Under the pieces are notes generated by a model, which ran no database searches, was not told the DNA's origin, and saw nothing but the letters and a program-made list of their open reading frames with translations. The position numbers were made by a program, and so were the translations under genes. 32,010 nt of DNA from Folioceros fuciformis (taxonomy: Eukaryota), in the NCBI GenBank assembly GCA_049999805.1, contig JBNGIO010002906.1, positions 1 through 32,010 of the forward strand, in the 5' to 3' direction. How positions within the stretch are numbered: the first letter of the stretch is position 1; every line of letters starts with the position of its first letter. This document shows, piece after piece, positions 1 through 9,679 of the stretch.

Positions 1-81
1 ATCCCCCCACCTTTCCTCTACAACACTCCCTCACAAATCCAAAAAAAAGAAAACCTATCCTTTCCCAAGGGTCTATTCAGC

Positions 82-1012
82 ATGTGGAGTCCACAGCATC
101 ACCGGCTCGGCGATATTAATGTGCGTAGAATGAAGGAGGCTGTAGAGGGAAACCTGTATAGAGAACCCCTCAAGTTTCAGCCCCAGCCCAAGCTGTTTTG
201 TGAGTCTTGCATTTACGGCAAGCACCACAAGTCTCCGCACATAGACAAAAATCACACTAGAGCCAAAGCTTTGCTGGAGTTAGTACATTCTGACCTGTGT
301 GGCCCCATGTCCAAGCTGTCCTTTGGTGGGGCCAAGTATTTTCTTTCATTTATAGATGACTGGAGCAGGTTTACAGTAGTCTACTGCTTGGCAAAGAAGT
401 CTCAAACCCTAGAGTCGTTCAAGGACTACCTTGCAACTGCACAGCGTCAGACCTTGCATCTACTCAAAACACTTCGGATAGATGGCGGGGGTGAGTACGG
501 GTCAAATGCTTTCAAACAGCTTTGCAAAGAACTTGGCATACTTAGACAACTTACTGTCTCCTACACCTCACAACATAATCCAATAGATGAACACAACAAT
601 GGCGTTGTTCAAGAGCAGGCCAAGGACTCACTTGCTCAGGCTGGCCTCTCCTTGGGGTATTTGGTTGAGGCTGTTACAGCTGCAGTTTACATCAAAAACC
701 AAACACCTACAAGTGCAGTCCCGGGAGTACACCATTTGAGAGGTGGACAGGGCATAAGCCAAGAATTTCACACTTGAGAGTTTTTGGCAGCCCTGCCTAT
801 GCCTTCATCCCAAAAGGAGAAAGATGCAGCCAAATGCAACTAAGTGTATTTTTGTGGGGTACACGGAGGGCATCAAAGGATATAAGCTTTTTAATCCTGA
901 AAAACACCAGCTGATATATGCTCGGAGTGTGGTTTTCGATGAAGATGTAGTCCTCAACAGGACCTCCATCCCTGCACACCATGTTTCAGAATCCGAACCC
1001 GTTAGCACTTAG
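82..1012 (+). pseudogene. copia A integrase (GAG-pre-integrase, rve core, SH3-like), frameshifted near 720-820
   Basis: ORFs 82-777 and 824-1012 carry copia integrase motifs. Confidence 0.9.
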
Positions 1013-1612
1013 TCAGAAGCTACCACCTCCGAAGAAGTTAGTGAGGAGGACTTTGGGAGCACACCTGGTGACTCTCCTCTTCACAGCCCTCGTGAGCGTC
1101 CTGATGGTGAAGCTTCGGTGCCTGCTAGTGCTGATCATTCTGATTCAGAGTCATCTAATTCTGTTGCTCAAGAGCCTCTAGCTGGAGATGTCAGCCATTT
1201 TTCGTCCAACTCTTTGTCTGAACCTGACAATGCATCAGAGGCTGAGAACATAGTGACGCTCTCCAATGATGACGAAGACCTTGCACCTGTGGCTGCCCCA
1301 CCAACCAGGACTAGTCGTCCTTCCCGAGTACATCGTTCTCGGGCCAACTGGACTGTGCCTCCGTACAGTCCTCCCAGCAACTCTCTGCGGCCTTCCCGTC
1401 GGGGAGCACAAACGAAATCATAGGTCCCTGATCCAACCTTGCAGTTCGGCACTGTCAACGTTGAGGGGGAGACACTTGCAGAGGGAGCTTGAGTTAGTGA
1501 AGGTACGACATCTGAAGGAGCAGATACTGAAAGAAGCAGACAACGAAATGTTGCTCAAGCTCTAATCGCTGAGGCCCTGTCTACTGCTAATCAAGTTGGA
1601 GACCCAAGTACC

Positions 1613-3208
1613 ATGACTAAAGCCTTAAATGGCCCTCACGGTGCCGATTGGAAGGCCGCCATCAAATCTGAATATGACAGCCTGATCCAGAATGGCACCT
1701 GGAAGCTTGAACCATTGCCACCAGGGAGAAAGGCGGTTACCTGTAAGTGGGTCTTTAAGACCAAGCTCAACCCTGATGGTTCTACTACAAGGTACAAGGC
1801 CAGGTTAATGGCTCGTGGATTCACGCAGCGACCAGGTCTAGATTACCATGATACCTTTTTGGTAGTTGTTAGGTTCACCTCAGTCCGTGTCCTCCTTGCC
1901 TTCGTAGCACAGAACGACCTCACAATCCATCATATGGACGTGAAGACAGCTTTCCTGCACGGAGAATTAGAGGAGGATGTGTATATGCAACAACATGAGG
2001 GTCATGTAGATACGAAACACCCTAGTCATGTCTGCAAGCTCATAAAAACAATATACGGCCTTAAGCAAGCTCCAAGGGCATGGTTCCAGAAGTTCAGCAC
2101 ATTTCTCAAGTCATTAGGGTTCAAAGAAAGCGATGCAGACTCGAATGTTTACCTTTGCACTGATGGGGATATGTTTGTCATCATAGCCCTCTATGTTGAT
2201 GATGCTATGCTAATAAGTAACAGCCCTGGAACTCTTCTACCAAAGGTCAAGGGTCTGTTGAGTAAACATTTTGAAATAACAGACCTTGGTGTCATCCGGT
2301 TCTTCTTGGGAGTGCAAGTGTTGCTTGTTCTAGAGAAAGGGTCAGTACTGCTGCACCAAGCACACTATGTAGACCTGATGCTCAGGACATTCAACATCGA
2401 GGACGCAAAGCCGGTCAGCACACCGATGGCCACTGGGACACGACTGTCCAAGTTGGACTGTCCAAAAACTGAGGAAGAAAGGGCCACCATGCTGGCAGTC
2501 CCCTACAGGAGGTTCGTGGGATTTGCCCTGTATATGTCAACAAAAACGAGGTTTGACTTGAGCCAGCCTTGAGGCATTCTTGCCCAGTTTGTTGAGGACC
2601 CTGGCAGCATTCATTGGATAGCAGGAAAGCGGGTAATGAGATACCTCAAAGGGACTAGAAATTATGGACTTCAATATCGCAAGGACCCAACAGCCACTAC
2701 ATTGTTTCTGCAAGGCTACACTGATGCCGACTTGGGAGGAGACCCAGACACAAGAAGGTCAGTCTCTGCTTACTGTTTTACCCTTGCTGGAGCTGCAATT
2801 TCTTGGCAATCGAAGAAGCAGACCTTCGTCAGCACCTCCACAACGGAAGCAGAATATGGAGCAGCTGCAGAGAGCTGCAAGGAGGCTGTGGCCAATTGAA
2901 GACTTCTGGCAGATATATCCCAAGAGCAAGTTGACCCCACGCCAATGTTCTATGACAACCAGTCGGCACTCCTGCTAGCCAGTAATCCTGTTTACCACAC
3001 ACGTACAAAGCACATAGATTTGCACTTACATTATGTTAGACAGTCCGTCACATGTAGAGAGGTTGTACCCACCTACGTGCCAACCGATGCAAATTATGCC
3101 GATTTGCTCACAAAACCCTTAAGCCGAGAGAGGCATGAATCACATGTTCAGGGTTTAGGTATGGTCGACATGACACCATTTCCATCACATGCTCTGAAGC
3201 CAAGCTAG
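1613..3208 (+). pseudogene. copia A reverse transcriptase and RNase H, interrupted by in-frame stops at 2570 and 2897
   Basis: ORFs 1613-2572, 2636-2899 and 2945-3208 are in one frame with RVT_2 and Ty1/copia RNase H motifs. Confidence 0.95.
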
Positions 3209-3659
3209 GTCAATTCGTGTCATATTCAGATTCTGACCAATCCATATAGGTGCTAGGTCTAGAGTAGGGTTTCCACTACGAGCATTCACAACCAAAGTTG
3301 CTGTCAGATGTCATGTAGACACATTCCTATAGGTACCCTATCATCTGGAAGACTTGCAGCTCTGTGATTGCAAATTACCAGCATTATGAATCAATCCACA
3401 GAAGCAGTAGCTGCCAACATTCCAGACAATGGGGTGCGGAGAAGGACTTACAGTAATGATGGACAGCGACTCCAGACTCGTCCGTGAACAAGCTAACCTT
3501 CAGCATTAGTTCAGGAGTCTCCTGGTTTTGGTACTGAACTGGATGGCCAACGCAAGTTGGTTTCCAGCCACCACAAAAACAAGATAGCAACATCGCGAGG
3601 AGGCCTGTCATAGGCAGTAAGCAAAAGCTGATGCGAGATTAGGTTAGGAACGTGCGCCT

Positions 3660-3668
3660 AAGAGGGAG
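3660..3668 (+). other. Polypurine tract of copia A
   Basis: AAGAGGGAG is immediately followed by TG, downstream of RNase H. Confidence 0.75.
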
Positions 3669-3753
3669 TGTCGAGGGCCTAGGTTTAGCGGCCCCTTAGG
3701 CATTAATATAGTCGCAAGTTTAGCCTGACCTATCAACCACCACCCAACCGACA
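3669..3753 (+). repeat. Putative short (85 bp) 3' LTR of copia A
   Basis: Starts TGTCG right after the PPT and ends CGACA (5-bp inverted termini). The 3' end is inferred because the 5' LTR is not in the window. Confidence 0.5.
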
Positions 3754-3887
3754 TCGGGCATGTCGGTTGAGTCAAGGGACACGTCCCGTCACCTGGACGT
3801 GCCTGCCGAACCTTGTACACCGCTCGCGTGAGCGTAATTCAATTGTCTATTCTGCTAGCATGCGCGCTCTCTAGATTTCTCTATTCC

Positions 3888-6430
3888 CTACGCGCCATAC
3901 TCTGTTACAGGGTCAGGTTTGAGGTGCTGGTTAGGGTTAAGTACAGCGTCCTCCTCATCAGCCGAATTTGTATTGTCATCTAAAGGAAGGTCTTCTACTG
4001 GTTCACCCGTGTCAACTGTAGGGTTAGGACCAATGATAGGGGGAACCTTGACAGTGCCATCTACTTCCTCATCTATAGGGAAGGTGACAGTGTCAAGATT
4101 GTCCTCTCCAGCTACTCCCTCTGAAGAGTTGGGAGGTGTGAGGTTGGTAGTCATTGCGTGCAAAGGTTCTATAAAAGTGACACTGCGTGCAAGGACCATT
4201 GATCGGGTGTCAAGATTATAGAGTTTATACGCTTTCACATGTTTGTTGTATCCCACGAAAAAGGAGACTTTGAGCTCGGTCTTCTAACTTGCGTTTTTCT
4301 ACAGGGATATAGGCCTTCGAAGGCCTTTGATCCAAATACTCGGAGATGGAGCAAGCTTAGTTTCCTATGCCAGATTACCTCATACAGGGTCTGTCCAGTG
4401 ACAGAGCTGGTGAGTATCCTGTTGAGTATATACGTACATGGCTATAACTACAGCTTCTGCCCAATACTCTTGAGGTAAGTTAGCATAGAGTAGCATGCTC
4501 CTAGTCATCCCTAGCAGTGTCTGGTTTTTTCTTTCGACAACGCCATTCTGTTGCTGGGTATATGGGACAATAAGCTGCCTCTGTATGCCTTGTTCTTGGA
4601 GATAGTCGTCAAAAGCATTATTGACGAACTCTGTCCCATTGTCGTTGCGCAAGACTTTAAGGAGACATCTAGATTGTCTTTGCGTAATTGGAAGCCACTC
4701 CTTGAAGTGCATAAGGGTATCACTTTTTAGTTGCATAGGTATAGTCCAAGAATACCGATTGAAGTCGTCTGTAAGGGTTAAGTAGTACAGGGTTCCACCC
4801 AAAGACGGCTCATGGATCTTGCTTGAGATATCAGCATGTACAAGAGCAAGGACAATCTTTGCTCTGTGTGCAGCTTTGGGGAATGGTAACTCCTTCTATT
4901 TGGCGAGGATGTACGATTCACAGATCCGAAGGTCCCTAAAACAAGCAGGTAGGGGTTCTTTGTGACAGCCTATCCGTGCCATGTCAATGAGTTTATGTTG
5001 TTAGCATGACCTAGACGTGCGTGCCACAGGGATGCTAACCTAGTTGTCTTCATGTTGACAGAAAAGGAGGAGTGACTTACAGGATGAGGAGAACACCTTA
5101 GTTCTAGCCTGTATAAGTCATGGTCGAGGACGCCTCTAAATGCACATGCACCAGAGGAATTCTTCCTGTAAAAGCAGCAGGCATCATCAGCGACACATAT
5201 CTCATACATCCGAAGCTGCATGATCTTGCTCATTGACAGAAGATTCTTGGCCATCTCAGGTACAAATAGAACTTTGGCGACCTTCAGAACTGTGTTGTCA
5301 TCGAGAATGAAGGTACATTCCCCATGCCCTTCAACTTGGAGGCTAGTGTCACTCCTTTCATCACCAAGCAAGACTTTATCCTTCATTTGACACACTGTCA
5401 AACTGGAGAATAAATCTTTGTTGTTGCAGATATGTGCAGTGGCTCCTAAGTCTAGGAACCAGTCATCTCTGCCATACGATGAAGTCCTCATACAGACTGT
5501 GAGTATCTTCACTGTAGCCTTAGAGTTTTCTCCTTTCTCCTTGACAACAACGTTCGCTGACGGTCTTGTGGGTTGTGATCGCTATGGTTCACCACCTTTC
5601 TTCTTGCGGCACTCACATGCCCAATGTCCAGCGGCACCACACCAATTACAGTTGCCTGTCCGCTTGGGCGCTACTGGAGGGAATGGTGCACCATCAGCTC
5701 GACCACCAAGTGCCCTACCCTTCGATTTCTTAAAACGAGAGGTAAGCACTTTGTCAACTTTACTTCTAGATCCACTAGTTGCAAACAGGCGCCCTTGCTC
5801 TTCCTGGAACAGAGCACCAATAACTTCTTCAAGCTTAATGGTGACAGGAGTACCAGCAAAGGATGCCTGATGAGCGGTCCGGATGGGTCCGTTCTATGTG
5901 GAGATAAAGTTTTGGTAGGAGGAAGGGAGGCTGCTCAATAGTTGAGCAACAACCTCTATCTCGTCCATCTTGCAGCCAAGGGCAACTATCTGAGCTCGCA
6001 GGTGGCGGAACTTGGTGACATGAGATGCCACTTTGTCTCCCTCCCTCATACGCAGCCCATAGAATTCCTACTTGGCTGCACACAGAGTAAGAATATTCTG
6101 TACCGCATATGTGGCTACAAGTTGATCCCAGATCTCGGAAGCACTGGTGAGATACTCGACATCAGGTACGAGGTCATCATCTAGGCCTCCAATGAGTAGG
6201 GCAAGTGCTATTGAGTTCAGTTGGTCCCATTTTTGGTTGTCACTAACTGACGGGGCAGGCAATGAGTTGGGGCAGGTTTCTTAAATGTAGCATCGACCAC
6301 GCTCCAAACGCCTCGCGCTACAAGAGTGGACTTCATTTGAACTTTCCAAACTTGGTATCGTGTTCCATTAAATCGGTCCTTGTCCTTGAGCTCATAAGTG
6401 AAGGATGGTCCTGCAAGCCAGGAGCCATGT
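3888..6430 (-). pseudogene. copia B gag-protease-integrase polyprotein, multiple frameshifts and stops
   Basis: ORF fragments 6068-6262, 4970-5512, 4380-4802 and 3888-4256, plus manual translation of 6262-6400 and 5609-5650. The start position is approximate. Confidence 0.88.
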
Positions 6431-7055
6431 GCAAGGTGGTGTTCTGCCCGAACTGTAAGTTGAGATGACCAAGTTGTTTTGTAAGTTGATCTAGAGACGC
6501 TAGGTTCATGCGTAAAGTGACCTTCCTTGAGTTATGACTCGTGGAAAAAGAGACACTAAACACAATGTTGTAGCATTCGTGAGTTTTCTTGCAGGACTTC
6601 TAATACTTGGTTCACAGGGAGGGAGGTGTTGGGTTTATGCCAGGATGCACAGGGGAACCTGGAGCTATCCGTCTGTCCTGACACAGACTCAACACTAATC
6701 CCTCCTAGCAAAGCAAGGATTAGAGGCCAAGGGTTCGGCAATCTCAATCGATCAAAGGGACATATGAAGGTAATCTAGACGCTTCACAATGTGTGCCAGT
6801 CATTAAGTTATAAAATAAACTCTTGATGAAAAGAAGAACCTAACTAAACCGCCGTGTGTCCAGGTCATGTGAAGAGGTGCGACCGGTGGGTTCTGAATTC
6901 TGAGGTCCTGAGATGCAAAGAGTGGCCAACACCCCAACTTGATGACTACTCGAGTGACATGGAAGACGCTAGACGACGCTTCATCAAGCTTGGTGACGTT
7001 TCAACTCTCACTGTCCAGGCGCTTAGCACTCCTGGTGTCTGGAGGAAAAAAAAGG

Positions 7056-7670
7056 TTAGAAGATGCAATCTCCAGCGGGGGGAAAGATCTGGTGTTTTCT
7101 CTCCTCCCATTGGCGCCCAAGCTCAATCTCCTTCATGAGATCAATGATTTCATTGATCTGGTATTTAATCGAACTTGATGTCGTTGTGATTGCTCGTCCT
7201 AATAGGTGATCCAGGTGATCGACTCTGTTCTTGATCGCTTTCTGATTCAACAGCACTACAGATAAGGATTTCTCAACCTTAGTGACGCTTACAAGTTATC
7301 TGGCCACAACGTCCTGATTTCTCTTGTCGCTAGGTGCAGGGTAATCGCATGGTGGTTCAGAGTGGCAGGGGACTTGATAATTCATTGGCCAACTGTGGGG
7401 CAGATCAAAGTCCTGCCTACTTCTAGCCAATCTCTCTCTGCGCAGGCTGTCCACCATATGATTTCTGGCAAGCCGTCCTTGATGTAGGTTGAGTCCTCGT
7501 ATAGAGTGTCAGTCAATGGAGTCCTTCAGCCAGTTGTAGGTGAAATCCTGCTCATGCAGGTCTAGAATTGCTTCTAGGGGAGCGAGATGTGCTTGCGGAG
7601 GAAGGGTTCCTCCACGGCAATTGCGGCTACCATTTCTGTACCACCTACGCGGGCTTTCGCAACTTGGCAT
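7056..7670 (-). pseudogene. Degenerate ~205-codon ORF of unknown function between the PBS and gag of copia B
   Basis: ATG at 7670, about 30 nt after the PBS. One frame runs to the stop at 7056 with only two internal stops (TGA 7509-7511, TAA 7296-7298), both explicable as C-to-T changes. Confidence 0.45.
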
Positions 7671-7700
7671 GATTCATGGAAGACAGAATCCAGAGCAAAC

Positions 7701-7711
7701 CTCTAATACCA
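7701..7711 (-). other. tRNA-Met(i) primer binding site, one mismatch
   Basis: The minus strand reads TGGTATTAGAG versus canonical TGGTATCAGAG, directly after the LTR-terminal CA. Confidence 0.8.
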
Positions 7712-7858
7712 TGTTTATTTTGCAAGGAGTGGAAAAGACAAATTGCATTGTAAAAATGAAATTAATTATGAGTTCACATTTTGGCTCACTATATATGTGA
7801 CTCTAGGTGACGATTCATGTTTCAAACCCTAACTAGCCTTATCCTTTCATATTTAACA
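7712..7858 (-). repeat. 5' LTR of copia B (147 bp)
   Basis: Minus strand TGTTAAATAT...AAATAAACA with TGTT/AACA termini. It abuts the PBS on one side and an interrupted transposase codon on the other, and contains a TATATA-like element. Confidence 0.8.
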
Positions 7859-8340
7859 GTGTGGCCCACAAGCAAAAAACCAACCTTGATTTTTTCAAAC
7901 GTTCCCATATCCACGAACACATTCAGCTATGCAAAGAGCAGTTGGTACTAATTCTCTCTGCATGTGTTGTCTAGTTGTAAATATAGAACCTTTGGCAATA
8001 CGCCAGCATACATATGAATGGCATCCTGGATGATTGATATAGTCAAGTTTGCATTCTTCCACAAGTTTGCTAGATGCAGGTATGCCTTTGCATTGTACAC
8101 ACAGTTGTGCACCATACACCCCACTACATGCACTGCCACTTGACTTTCCTCATATAGGTTCTTGGGCCATCATAAGAAGTGCGGAATTTCTGTCTTCTTG
8201 TGATCCATCCCATCAATTGCTAGCATCATATACTTCCGCGGGTACACATAGCTTTTGCTTCAATGCTTGGACATCTTTGCACGCTCTACGCATAACCAAT
8301 CTCAACGGGCGTCTAGAGCAGTTTGGTACTTCTCTACATG
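7859..8340 (-). pseudogene. Sola-like / DUF7869-type DDE transposase remnant, truncated by the copia B insertion
   Basis: Single-frame translation through stops: ..YPRKYMMLAIDGMDHKKTEIPHF..VHVVGCMVH..NANLTISII..LPKVLYLQLDNTCREN*YQLLFA*LNVFVDMGTFEKIKVGFLLVGH. The IDGMD, LQLDNxxRENK and FLxVGHT motifs match my memory of this family. The upstream extent is uncertain. Confidence 0.65.
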
Positions 8341-9459
8341 CACGACCCCGCATATCAAGTGAATTGAGCATGACTAATCTGCGAGATTCATTTCGTCAAG
8401 CACCAAACTCACGGCAACGACACTTGAGCAAGACCTCGCGACCTTTAAACCCTTCTTTCGGGGATTCTTGGATGGGCCATGTGTGACCACAAAACCTAGG
8501 TATACTTTCCACGAAATGGGTTGAGCAAAAGACCATACCACAAGCACGAAAGCCCACACATAGGGAGGGCGCTGGCCAGCCGGCGCCCACCCTCTATGTG
8601 GGTTGTCATTCACCTTCATATAGCCAGTTGCATAAAGGTCCCCGCTTCCATGATCAAACGCCGGCCGAACGCGGCCCACCCCTAGCCCATTAGCAATTCC
8701 AACATAGGCATATAAGGAGAAAGCAACCCAACTATGCCCTTATCATCCACAAACACTACAGCGATAGTGTAAACGTATGCATGCTAACCATAGTCTACGA
8801 TGTCCATTAGTATGAGGAAATGACCTTTGTTTCAGTCAACAAATGGCAGTGCATACCTTGTTCTACTTTAGTTGATGTATTCTTTATCGTTGCCTTTGAT
8901 CCAGCTGTGGAGTGAAATCTTGTGTCTAAAGACACCGTGTGTTCCACATTCACCCTCTATGTCGTTGTAGTCATATGATTCGCTCCCAAGGGAATGATTT
9001 GTGCCAAGGAACGCTAACTTCTATTAATACTGACCCTTACCTAAGTCATGACTCGCCCCTACTACCTACCATCTCAACTACTACTACCCCCAGTTAGCCC
9101 CGCTACCATGGATCCTACTCTACGACTCCAGTTCCCACTCCACAATCGCGATCGCTGTTTCCGTGACCGGTAGTTGTTTCCACGACTGTGGTGGGACCCA
9201 CCCAAAACCCTAACTAATATTTTTCCAGTAAGAGCCAGGCCTTGGGTTTCCACCATGGGTTTCTATCCCAAGGGCTTCCAGATTCACAGATCTAGCCTTA
9301 TTGGATGCTCTAGACACATGCAAATGCCAATCCTTGGAAAACAAGACCCCGCAAATTTAGCTACACTCCTTCACACACACATGCAAGACTCTCCACACAT
9401 GCAAAACACACAAGAGCTCTGGTTCACACTCATTTCCTACATGCCTGATTCGAAATGTC

Positions 9460-9672
9460 TCCAATCTTCTAGCAATGTTCACAAATCTCCAACAATCCCT
9501 TAGCAATCCTTTACAATCTCCCCCAATCTTCAAAAATCTCCAACAATCTTCAACAATCTCCCATATGCCTAGAAATCTCTTATAAATCTTCCATGAATCA
9601 TCTCCAATCTCTAGCAATCTTGCAGCAATCTCCAGCAATCTTCCACAATCTTCCTCAATCTCTCAGTAATCC
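9460..9672 (+). repeat. Degenerate ~10-bp tandem repeat with a CAATCT core
   Basis: Roughly 20 imperfect units such as caatcttcaa, caatctccag and caatcttcca. Confidence 0.8.
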
Positions 9673-9679
9673 TCTTCAG

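Larger units (their letters stand above)
82..3753 (+). mobile_element. Ty1/copia LTR retrotransposon A, 3' part (pre-integrase, integrase, RT, RNase H, PPT, putative 3' LTR), degenerate
   Basis: Domains occur in copia order: HHRLG..FCESCIYGKH, LELVHSDLCGP/FIDDWSRF/LRIDGGGEY integrase, KCIFVGY..GIKGYKL SH3-like motif, RT (CKWVFKTK, YKARLMARGF, HHMDVKTAFLHG, YVDD) and RNase H (GYTDAD, STTEAEY, DNQSA, HTRTKHID, ADLLTK). The frame is broken by stops and frameshifts. Confidence 0.95.
3754..7858 (-). mobile_element. Ty1/copia LTR retrotransposon B, 5' part (LTR, PBS, extra ORF, gag, protease, integrase); RT and RNase H absent from the window
   Basis: On the minus strand: LTR 7858-7712, PBS, gag (RFNGTRYQVWKVQMK..ARGVW; KWDQLNSIALALL..SASEIWDQL), zinc knuckle CNWCGAAGHWACEC at 5650-5609, protease (WFLDLGATAH, VLFVPEMAKNLLS), LWHARLGH, integrase (TLTDDFNRY, LRNDNGTEF, PYTQQQNGVVERKN) and GY..HVKAYKLY. 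Confidence 0.9.

Noticed and set aside
1-81. End of a further element inserted into copia A
   Set aside because: The composition differs from copia coding sequence, but there is too little sequence in the window to support a call.
7056-7711. Endogenous caulimovirid/badnavirus (tRNA-Met PBS followed by a small coiled-coil ORF)
   Set aside because: The PBS directly abuts a TG...CA LTR and leads to copia gag-pol. No movement protein or caulimovirid RT is visible.
9357-9638. Repetitive LEI/GDCW-like protein on the minus strand
   Set aside because: This is an artefact of translating the 10-bp CAATCT repeat.
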